Virus record (IMG/VR): IMGVR_UViG_3300044995_000220
Reading direction: 5' to 3' (one strand)
Length of the DNA: 64,000 nucleotides
Origin: a virus
Below, one piece after another: positions 26,823 through 35,023 of this stretch. The position numbers were made by a program, and so were the translations under genes. Each line of letters starts with the position of its first letter. Position 1 is the stretch's first letter. The notes beneath the pieces are model-generated. The model saw nothing but the letters and a program-made list of their open reading frames with translations. It had not been told where the DNA came from and ran no database searches.

Positions 26823-27184
26823 AGAATGAGTCACACATTCTTTACGACGCGCGCATCCACCAGCGCGTCGTCAACTATTTATTTACGGCTTACTTTACAT
26901 CCCCCTATCCTGAGGAGATTGTTGCGGTAGAGATGTGGGCATGTTACCGTCATCTTCTCGAAGGGGGTGCGGTTAGCGAGTTGCCGATTAGCCTCATCAA
27001 CAAGCGAGCCGCTGTTGCAGTAATTCGAAAAATTTTGCGTGGCGAGCTCGTCTTGTTTGACGATTCTGAAACTTTAGACCAAGGAGACCAAAATGACTCA
27101 AGAGAGCACGGAGAACAAGCTCAAGGTAAAGGCAAAATCGAAGTCGTCTGTCCAGTCCGAATCGGACACGGAGCGAGTTCTTGA
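26735..27184 (+). CDS. Hypothetical protein (start uncertain)
   Basis: Fills gap between the zinc-ribbon gene and ParB, but in-frame starts are GTGs overlapping the upstream gene. Confidence 0.45.
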   Translation: MPKVRRCHSRNRDSISSVSELRNVAVRALKNESHILYDARIHQRVVNYLFTAYFTSPYPEEIVAVEMWACYRHLLEGGAVSELPISLINKRAAVAVIRKILRGELVLFDDSETLDQGDQNDSREHGEQAQGKGKIEVVCPVRIGHGASS

Positions 27185-28151
27185 TCCTCTCGGTTTTGAG
27201 TATGAGTTCTTGCCGCTGCCACTTGAGGTTGCGGCGTCAGGCGTCATTACGATTGCGCCTAAAGATCTCGTCGTCAGCAAAGTTGACGCGCGTTCGGCGC
27301 CAGCTTTGGTCGACGAAGATTTCGTTGCGTCGATTAAGAAAGATGGATTGATCCAAGATCCGTGCGTAACTTACGCACGGCACAAGAAGACGGATAAGGA
27401 AGTTTGGCTAGTTGTCGCCGGCCGTCGTCGTCGTGAAGGAGCAATCAAAGCTGGTCTTAAGACCATTATGTGTAAGGTCAAAGAGATCTCAGACCTGAAG
27501 GAGTACCTTATTCTCGCAGGTCAAGAAAATCTCAAACGAGACCAAATGACGTTCTGGGATAAGTATGTGTACTTCCAGAACCTCATTGCTGCCGGTCTTA
27601 AACAATCAGAGATCAAAGATGTGCTTTCAATTTCGGAAGGCAACGTCTCCCAGGTGCTTGCTGTCGGCAAGCTTGATGAACGTGTGCAAAAAATGGTGCG
27701 CGAAGGCACCAAAGAGCCCTTCAAGAGCTATGCTCCGTCAGTTGTACGCGAACTCAAACGCGTCACTGATCCTGAAGTGCAAGTGGCATTTGCACAGCAA
27801 GCGATTGACGAGAATTTGGAGCCTCGTGCACTTAAGTTTCTTATCGAAAAATGGCTCAATAAACAAGCTCAGGCCCAAGCCCAAGACGAGGGCAAAGGAA
27901 AGAACAAGAACACAAAGACTGGCGGACGTGGCGTAAAGCTACCTGACGAAATTACGGCTAAAGATCTTAAGCCGATCACGAAAGCCAGTCTTGCTGCGAT
28001 CTACAATTTCTCAAACGCTCGCCTTGCTAAACTCAAGGCGAGTGAAAAAGCCAAGCCAGAAACCGTTGCGTATGAAAAAGGCCGACGTGATGGGCTGGCG
28101 CAAGCCGCAGGCCTCATGGAGTTGCCTGCACTCTCTGAGGATGAAGAGTAA
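27093..28151 (+). CDS. ParB/Spo0J-like protein
   Basis: GLIQDP.V, VVAGRRR (GxxR CTP motif), ENLKRDQM, central HTH QSEIKDVLSISEGNVSQVL; AAGGAG RBS. Confidence 0.85.
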   Translation: MTQESTENKLKVKAKSKSSVQSESDTERVLDPLGFEYEFLPLPLEVAASGVITIAPKDLVVSKVDARSAPALVDEDFVASIKKDGLIQDPCVTYARHKKTDKEVWLVVAGRRRREGAIKAGLKTIMCKVKEISDLKEYLILAGQENLKRDQMTFWDKYVYFQNLIAAGLKQSEIKDVLSISEGNVSQVLAVGKLDERVQKMVREGTKEPFKSYAPSVVRELKRVTDPEVQVAFAQQAIDENLEPRALKFLIEKWLNKQAQAQAQDEGKGKNKNTKTGGRGVKLPDEITAKDLKPITKASLAAIYNFSNARLAKLKASEKAKPETVAYEKGRRDGLAQAAGLMELPALSEDEE

Positions 28152-28154
28152 TCC

Positions 28155-28979
28155 TTAACTAAGTATATCTGCGAGGCTCTTGATCTCTTCTTCAGAGAGA
28201 TGAGCTCGTAGACGATTGAGAGCGCGTTTTTGTATTCCTTCCACGCGCGCGGCAGTCATTTGTGAACCGTCGATCTCGTACAGGATCTGACCAATTGTCC
28301 GCGCGTCTTTTGGCTCACCTCCGCGAAGTCCAAACGCGTAGATCAATACTAGCCGCTCAACTCGCGTTAGCTGTGCTTGCGCTAGTAGGGCTAGGGGGTC
28401 TACGCGTCGGCGTTGAACGTCGCTTTCGATGTCGACGTTGTCATCTATAATTACAACGTTGTCAATCGACGCGATTGAAGGTTCTTCGAAGTCTTCGACG
28501 GGCTCACCGAGTACTTGCTTTCTTTCTTTTTCGACACGTGTGCGCCGCATCGCTTTCCGGGTGTGGTTTGGAACGTGAACCGTTCGCATCCGGTAAATGA
28601 CTTCTTGCATTTTTACATTGACCCAGTTCGCTGCGTACGTGAGAAAGCGATTACCGCGCGCAGGGTCAAATAGCGTGATTGCATGGAGTAACCCTTCATA
28701 GCCTGCCGAAAGCAGTTCGGCGAACAATGCGTCGTCGTGCGCTTTGCGCCTCGCTTGTTTGATTACAAAACGGTAGTAACCACTTGCGATCGCATTGCGC
28801 AACGTATCACGCAGTTTTTGGAACTGCTCACGTTCGACTGGGTTGGTCGCTAACTCTGCACGTGTTCGTGCTTCTTGGTATGCTGTGAATAGAGTATGCT
28901 CCTCTTGCGCCGTTCGGATGGGATGGTTGCCCACATCGCGGAAATGCAGATCTAGCAGCGCGCTCGTTGTCTTAGACAT
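28155..28979 (-). CDS. RNA polymerase sigma-70-family factor (sigma 1)
   Basis: Region 1.2-like LHFRDVGNHPIRTAQEE, region 2 GLLHAITLFDPARGNRFLTYAANWV, region 4 RVERLVLIYAFGLRGGEPK. ATG at 28979 preferred over track start 29051. Confidence 0.88.
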   Translation of the reverse strand: MSKTTSALLDLHFRDVGNHPIRTAQEEHTLFTAYQEARTRAELATNPVEREQFQKLRDTLRNAIASGYYRFVIKQARRKAHDDALFAELLSAGYEGLLHAITLFDPARGNRFLTYAANWVNVKMQEVIYRMRTVHVPNHTRKAMRRTRVEKERKQVLGEPVEDFEEPSIASIDNVVIIDDNVDIESDVQRRRVDPLALLAQAQLTRVERLVLIYAFGLRGGEPKDARTIGQILYEIDGSQMTAARVEGIQKRALNRLRAHLSEEEIKSLADILS

Positions 28980-29067
28980 TTTGCTAAAATCTTTACATAG
29001 CGCCAGACACAGGGTAAACCAACTATCTGCTGTGACTGGCGCTTCAGTCACTTACAAGGAGAGCATC

Positions 29068-30207
29068 ATGGCCAATAACAAGCAGAACAAGCAGAATACA
29101 CAATCGTCTGACACCGCGGCACCTACGGGACCTTCGGCTGCAACGTCCTCAGAGCTGGCAACGGTCAGTTCTGCCGAAGTCGCTGAAGACGTAGCTGATG
29201 TGCCGGTACATGCGCTAACCAAACGCTACAGTGACGCGCTACCCCATCTAGCTACGTACCTAGAGCGGGTACTGCCACCTACACCTGGTGAGCTTCAGAA
29301 TGCGCTTGCGGGGCTGTCGCCTGAAAAGCGTGCAGCGTTCACCGCAGCGCTTGCTCGTATGAACCCGGTAAAGGCTGGACAGCACACTACGCGACAGGAG
29401 TTTCGCTTGCCTGAGATGCGGGTGTTTCACGGCACGGGAACCGACGAGCTTCGCCCGCGAGATTGTCCACAAGGCGGCATTTATACGACTGATGGTCGTA
29501 TCTTGGCCGCACCGAAGGAAGCGCTTAGCAACCTTAAGCACAATCCTAAGTACGCCAAGCTCGGTACAACGGTGACATGTTTTGTTATCGGCGTACACGA
29601 AGCGTACACTTTCTGGCCTCCGCGGTCAGGTAATAACCCGCCCGGCGTTGAGGTGCGTCCTAACGTACCCATTTGCCGCAGTCTTGATCGCAAACGTGGT
29701 AGCTATTTCGGTGCATGCGAAGCGTGCGCGTATCGTCCTTTCAAAGACGGCAAGGCAAATACAAAAGATGCATGCCGTAACGAGGACCATCTTTACGTCG
29801 TTTTGAGCGATTTCAGCGGCATCTACCGCTTGGTAGTACACGGTAAGTCGATCAAGCCTTGCTCAGCAGCCATCAAAAAGAAGACACGCCCGTGGGTGAC
29901 ATACTACGAGCACGCCTTTGAGTTGGAAGCGAAAGAAGCAAGGCAGGGTACCGATCGTTGGTTTGAGCTTACTGCTTCAGTTGCGACTGACGTACCTGAC
30001 CCCTCAGAGCAAGAAGCGGCTTTGCTCGACGTATTGGTGCGATATGTCGACTACGAAGTTTACTTTCCACAACTGTATACAATTTACACAACGGAGCCTA
30101 AGGTGAATGAAAATAATGGCTCTGTATCCGACATGGATGAGTTGTTGAAGAATGCCAACGCCGTTCTGTCGGGTCAGATGAAGGACTTTAGCAACAACAA
30201 CCTTTAA
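29068..30207 (+). CDS. Hypothetical replication-module protein, possible ssDNA-binding/recombination protein
   Basis: ATG at 29068 with AAGGAG RBS; CRSLD...GACEAC metal motif, beta-rich core, acidic C-terminal tail; SSB role inferred from context only. Confidence 0.5.
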   Translation: MANNKQNKQNTQSSDTAAPTGPSAATSSELATVSSAEVAEDVADVPVHALTKRYSDALPHLATYLERVLPPTPGELQNALAGLSPEKRAAFTAALARMNPVKAGQHTTRQEFRLPEMRVFHGTGTDELRPRDCPQGGIYTTDGRILAAPKEALSNLKHNPKYAKLGTTVTCFVIGVHEAYTFWPPRSGNNPPGVEVRPNVPICRSLDRKRGSYFGACEACAYRPFKDGKANTKDACRNEDHLYVVLSDFSGIYRLVVHGKSIKPCSAAIKKKTRPWVTYYEHAFELEAKEARQGTDRWFELTASVATDVPDPSEQEAALLDVLVRYVDYEVYFPQLYTIYTTEPKVNENNGSVSDMDELLKNANAVLSGQMKDFSNNNL

Positions 30208-30218
30208 TCATATGAGTT

Positions 30219-30286
30219 ACGGCCTGCGTCCCTGTACTGCGTAAAGTGGGAAAGGGACGCAGGCCGTTGTTTTCTTACTGTTTTTT
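30219..30286 (+). terminator. Putative intrinsic terminator (15-bp perfect stem, 19-nt loop, T-rich tail)
   Basis: acggcctgcgtccct (30219-30233) pairs with agggacgcaggccgt (30253-30267); followed by tgttttcttactgttttttt. Confidence 0.65.
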
Positions 30287-30304
30287 TGCCTGACGGAGCG
30301 ACCT

Positions 30305-31420
30305 ATGGTGAACGGATACGCTGAAATTGTTCTAAAGCATGCACCCTGGTCGATCTCTAAGGTCAATGTGCTGAATCAGTGCGGCAAACAGTATTTTCAC
30401 AAGTACGTCGAAAAATTACCTGAAGGAAAGAAAGCTGACGCGTCCCGAGTAGGGGTTGTAGCTCATGCTGTGATTGAAACTGGTTTGCGGACACCTGGCA
30501 TTGATCTCCATGAGGTGCTGCGTAATCAATGTGAATCTAACCAACTTTCGCGGGAGGAGATTCTTACATGCTCCACGAAGATGGTAGCGATAGAAGACTT
30601 TCTGGGACGAGTCGATGTTTTTAAGAAAAACAACGGCGTTATTGACGAATTTATCGAGCACCAGCTTGCAATTTCCCCAACGCATGAAGCTGTGTCATTC
30701 AAACTTACCGCCGACTCATCTCCAAATCTTTGGCGCGGTCAATTTATTTGGCGGGGAGACAACGTTGTAGAATTGGTAAATGCGCCACTAATCGATCACG
30801 CTAAATACAGCCCATACGCCACTTGCGTCGTTGTGCCGAAAGGTCCTTTCAGGGGCACATTCGATGTTGTTGAAGTTGGACAAACAACCCTTCGTCTTGC
30901 GTCGTTTCCACCTACTACGAAGTCTCTGCCTATCACTGTTGGTGATGTTATCGAAGGTGGCATTACTACAAAGCCCTTACTTCGTGGTGTCATTGATCAT
31001 GCAATGCGCACCAATGACGACTTCTTGATTGTGCTTGATCATAAATCAGGCAAGAAGAAGCCAATTGGAGAGCACGCAACACAATTTTATGCGTATATGG
31101 CGCTTGCGATAGTTAACTTCCCGTGGGTACGCGGCATCCAATCAGGTATTCATTATATTGGTGAACCAAAGGTCGAGTGGTTTCCACGCTTTGACGGTAC
31201 GTCAGGCGCATGGACTCGCGAAGAGATCATTCGCATAATATTTCCTTGGTTGAGGCAGTACCTTAATAGAACTGCACTCAAACTTGAACTTATTGATGCC
31301 GGTACGCCTAAAGTTGAAACTGGCTGGCAATGTAGCTTCTGCGGCTTCTCTGAAAGCTGTGAACAAGGACAAATTGAAATCAAAAAACGTGCTCAGAAAA
31401 AAGGAGAGATCAACGTTTAA
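30305..31420 (+). CDS. PD-(D/E)XK nuclease, Cas4/RecB-like, with internal insertion
   Basis: WSISKVNVLNQC, LRGVID, VLDHKSGK, QFYAY, C-terminal CSFCGFSESC. Confidence 0.85.
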   Translation: MVNGYAEIVLKHAPWSISKVNVLNQCGKQYFHKYVEKLPEGKKADASRVGVVAHAVIETGLRTPGIDLHEVLRNQCESNQLSREEILTCSTKMVAIEDFLGRVDVFKKNNGVIDEFIEHQLAISPTHEAVSFKLTADSSPNLWRGQFIWRGDNVVELVNAPLIDHAKYSPYATCVVVPKGPFRGTFDVVEVGQTTLRLASFPPTTKSLPITVGDVIEGGITTKPLLRGVIDHAMRTNDDFLIVLDHKSGKKKPIGEHATQFYAYMALAIVNFPWVRGIQSGIHYIGEPKVEWFPRFDGTSGAWTREEIIRIIFPWLRQYLNRTALKLELIDAGTPKVETGWQCSFCGFSESCEQGQIEIKKRAQKKGEINV

Positions 31421-31441
31421 TACATAGGGTGAAGGGCACCC

Positions 31442-34400
31442 ATGACACGAAAGACCGGAAAAACCGGAACAACTAAGTTTTCGTATACTGACGGCCACAA
31501 GTTCCTGACCTTGTTGGACGTTACGCAGCTTAAGACGCTGCTTGAACACACCTTCCCTGAGAATCGCACTACGCAGATTGGTGCATCAGTAGTCAGAACA
31601 AATTGCCTTGCGGGTAGCGTCACTGGGCACATCGATAAAAATCCATCGATGTATATTGACGTCGCGCGAGGTACTATTAAGTGCAAATCGTGCGGGTACT
31701 TCAGTCGTAATCTCTTACAGCTTTTCCAAGACGCGCGCGGCTGGGCATATCGCGAAACACTCTCGCACGTGCTTACATATACTGGCCGTCGCCTTGTCTC
31801 AGAGAAAACTGAAAGTGACGTCGAGGCGTATGATATCCATAACCTTGCTGTCACCACGTTGTTATATGTCTGTGCAACGTACGCGCAGCGCTTACTTGCA
31901 CCACCAGTTGATCCAGAAGATCGTAAAAATTACGACGAGATTGCGCTGCATGCTGCTGCACCAGTTTTAGAGTGGCTCTTCCAACACCGTAAGCACAAGC
32001 CCGAGTATATTGGGATACTGCCTTACGGGATTTGGCCACCGCAACATTTACTGTATAGCTATGCTGTTGAAAGGCTAGAGGCACAAGCCAGTGCGCAATA
32101 TGCGCGCTTTCAGAATACGCATCTAACGCCTGAACGCCGCGAAAAGATTCTTGCTCGCATCAAGACTATTGCTGAACCAGCTGGCTCTGAATGGACTAAC
32201 ACAGTTGCATTCTTCAATGGGCACGGTTTGCGTACACCAGGTAGGATTCGATTACGTAGACCGCACAACGAAGACGAAAAAGACGGCAATCACCTCACGT
32301 TGCCAGGTTTTACTGAAGACGAGCCAATTGGTTATTTTGGACTGTTTGCACCGCACCTTGGTGGACTCGATCCTGCTGAAGCTAAAGCACTACGGTTTTA
32401 CCTTGTTGAAGGCGAAAATGATGCAATAACGGCGCAGGAACATTTCATAGCATCCGGTCTTACTGGCTTCGTTTTTCTCGCTTCAAACGGAGCACACAAC
32501 GATCTAGATGCGCTTGTCGCAGCAGGAATTGATACAATCTACATCATCCCTGACCATCCTTCACGTGGTAAAGGCGAAGTATGGTTGCGAGGGCGGCTGC
32601 TTACTGGGTCTGAAATTGGCATCAACATCTTTCGAGGATGGTCGGAGCTCGACAAAGTCCCGGGCATGCCAAAAGACCCCGATGACGTAATACAGCTCGG
32701 TGGATTTGAAATATTTAAGCGCACCGTCATCGACGAAGTAACTAAATGGTTTGTGCCTGTTGATGTTTGGGCATTCGACCGCGCTGTAGAAGATGCCGCG
32801 ACACTCGGATCCGACGCCGTTAGAGAACGTACAGCTGTTGCAGTTACGTACGGTGAAATTGTACGTAATGCTGCACAGCTTTCTCAGTATGTTGATCGCA
32901 TTTGTGCGCAACTCAATTTAAGTCCAGCAGTCGTTAGAAACCAAATTGTTCGTAGTAAGGATGATGAGGCTGGTTTGATTGCCCGTCTTATCGATGTCCT
33001 TACACGGTTGTTTCATCCGCTTTACAAAGAAGATACATCACGCGGAGCAGTCCTATATCTACATCATCGAGTTAAAGACCGTACAATCCGCTTTGGCACT
33101 GATGATGGCATGGGTGCGCTTTCAGCTCTGGCGAACGTTGTTGGAGACGTACACACGTTCTTTGCTGAACAAGTAGGTATTCCTGCGTGGATGTTGCCAC
33201 AGCAGGGCCTTGGCACAATGCAGCCAGTTCGTGAGCTTCAACGTATTTTTGCCGACTATCTCAAAATCGCTATTCAGTCGATCTTCCAAGATATACCTAC
33301 GCGTGAGGAGTGCACACAGTATGGACAAGGTGTGCATGTTATTGAAGATCTGAATGTGCCGTTTGGCGTTGTGATCATAGTGGTCAACGGCCCGAGTGTT
33401 TATGAAGGTACATACGCTTCAGACGGATCGCTCACACTTACATGGCGAAAACTCGATGGGCCGTCACGTGGGCGCGCGCTTTTTCTTACTGAAGCAACGC
33501 CACTTTTTTCAGAGTTGCGCAGTGTTGCGGATCTCGAAGAAGCAAATCATTACACGATTGACGACGTACGCTACTACATCAACAAACTTATACAGTTTTA
33601 TCGCACTGGCTGGCGTACGCTAAATACTGATATCGATGCAATTTTTCTTGCATACTATCAAGCGGCGTTTTCTGCACCTCATCTTTCTCCATCAAAAGTA
33701 CACTTAGAACTTGTTGGGCAACATTCTTCAGGTAAGTCTACAGCTCTAAGTACATTTTGTGGTGGACAATTCCCTCATCTACAGATTTGCCCTTGGGCTA
33801 AGGGCCTTGTGAATTATTCGCCGGCTTCTATTTATCAAGGATTCAATCGGGCCGCAGTGACATTAGGTTTGGAAGAGTTCACGCGGGATTTGACGTTCAC
33901 CACTCTAAAAACTGTTCAGGTACAATCAATCAATGAATTACTTCGACAAGTTATTTTTCCTGGCGGCGCAGTAATTTCACGCGCACTTCCAACCGGCGGT
34001 ATGCGCCAAATGGTTGTGCGTACTAATGTTGTAACGGCTTCCATACACCCCGCGCATGATCCTCAAGACGCAAGCCGTCGTTTGACGATCGAGACTGTAA
34101 AAATCGAAGGGCTCAAAGATCCCCAGATAGTGTTTTCTGAGCTTTTCCCACCCGAAGAGCTTACACGTATGCGCCGTGTGCTGGGTCTTGGCTTGATCAA
34201 ATTTTATCGGCCTTACCGCGAGCACTACGAAAAAATAGAGCGCGAACTAGGTACAGGTAAATTAATTACGTCGTTTACGGTCGACACACGCTTTTTGCGT
34301 AACTTTTATCCTATCGCGCCTCTTATGGCGTTGCTTGGTGAAGACTGGAGATCTTTCGTTATTAGAGCTACTGAATCGCGGCGTGGTCGGCTGCTCGCTA

Positions 34401-34933
34401 ATGCTCGTAGCGATGTTCCGACACAGTTGTTTGATACGATTTTTCGCACCAATAACTTGCGGATTGGTCAATCAAGCACAGTGACTTCCGTAGCTGTAAT
34501 GCTTGGATCAAAAGATCCAGCTCGCTGGCTTGCACTAAACCATGCGCAAGCTGGAGTGTATTACTTTGAAGATCTTGGATATCTTGTCGTTGATTGGATT
34601 TCAATAGTTGCACCCGGCGGCTTACTTCATCGTGTTGAGCCATATTATCGTACTCCGCCAAACTTACTTAAGCACCAGCTTGATCAGCACCCTCTTTCTA
34701 AACGCGAACATCAATATGACACAGCTAAAGTTTTGTCCGCTTTGCGCTCTTTTGGCGGTGTAATGCGGACTGACGAAATTACCGTTATAGATGTTTCAAA
34801 GGTCGTTTCTGATCTTCGTAAATCGTTTGTCGAACGGCAACCCAACATTGACCGTAATCAGTCCAATGGTTCAGTCGACGATGGTCCACCTGGACTAGTA
34901 CGTCGCAATCATATTCTCAATAACAACTTATAA
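31442..34933 (+). CDS. Primase-helicase fusion (zinc finger + TOPRIM + P-loop NTPase)
   Basis: C...H.D.NPSM...CKSCG zinc finger, LVEGENDAI TOPRIM, GQHSSGKST Walker A, LEEF Walker B. Confidence 0.85.
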   Translation: MTRKTGKTGTTKFSYTDGHKFLTLLDVTQLKTLLEHTFPENRTTQIGASVVRTNCLAGSVTGHIDKNPSMYIDVARGTIKCKSCGYFSRNLLQLFQDARGWAYRETLSHVLTYTGRRLVSEKTESDVEAYDIHNLAVTTLLYVCATYAQRLLAPPVDPEDRKNYDEIALHAAAPVLEWLFQHRKHKPEYIGILPYGIWPPQHLLYSYAVERLEAQASAQYARFQNTHLTPERREKILARIKTIAEPAGSEWTNTVAFFNGHGLRTPGRIRLRRPHNEDEKDGNHLTLPGFTEDEPIGYFGLFAPHLGGLDPAEAKALRFYLVEGENDAITAQEHFIASGLTGFVFLASNGAHNDLDALVAAGIDTIYIIPDHPSRGKGEVWLRGRLLTGSEIGINIFRGWSELDKVPGMPKDPDDVIQLGGFEIFKRTVIDEVTKWFVPVDVWAFDRAVEDAATLGSDAVRERTAVAVTYGEIVRNAAQLSQYVDRICAQLNLSPAVVRNQIVRSKDDEAGLIARLIDVLTRLFHPLYKEDTSRGAVLYLHHRVKDRTIRFGTDDGMGALSALANVVGDVHTFFAEQVGIPAWMLPQQGLGTMQPVRELQRIFADYLKIAIQSIFQDIPTREECTQYGQGVHVIEDLNVPFGVVIIVVNGPSVYEGTYASDGSLTLTWRKLDGPSRGRALFLTEATPLFSELRSVADLEEANHYTIDDVRYYINKLIQFYRTGWRTLNTDIDAIFLAYYQAAFSAPHLSPSKVHLELVGQHSSGKSTALSTFCGGQFPHLQICPWAKGLVNYSPASIYQGFNRAAVTLGLEEFTRDLTFTTLKTVQVQSINELLRQVIFPGGAVISRALPTGGMRQMVVRTNVVTASIHPAHDPQDASRRLTIETVKIEGLKDPQIVFSELFPPEELTRMRRVLGLGLIKFYRPYREHYEKIERELGTGKLITSFTVDTRFLRNFYPIAPLMALLGEDWRSFVIRATESRRGRLLANARSDVPTQLFDTIFRTNNLRIGQSSTVTSVAVMLGSKDPARWLALNHAQAGVYYFEDLGYLVVDWISIVAPGGLLHRVEPYYRTPPNLLKHQLDQHPLSKREHQYDTAKVLSALRSFGGVMRTDEITVIDVSKVVSDLRKSFVERQPNIDRNQSNGSVDDGPPGLVRRNHILNNNL

Positions 34934-35023
34934 AAGCCGTAGATACTGAAAGACAAACGAACATCTAAGTTCCAGTATTACAAAACGGTCGAACTCAAAC
35001 CCTTTCCGAAATGGAGCTGTTAA

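Noticed and set aside
29032-29051. 7-bp hairpin (gtgactg/cagtcac) between the divergent sigma 1 and 29068 genes
   Set aside because: Short enough to occur by chance and not repeated elsewhere; no functional claim supportable.
25761-31420. Cas4-like genes as part of a CRISPR-Cas locus
   Set aside because: No cas1/cas2, effector genes or array in the window; context is a phage replication module.
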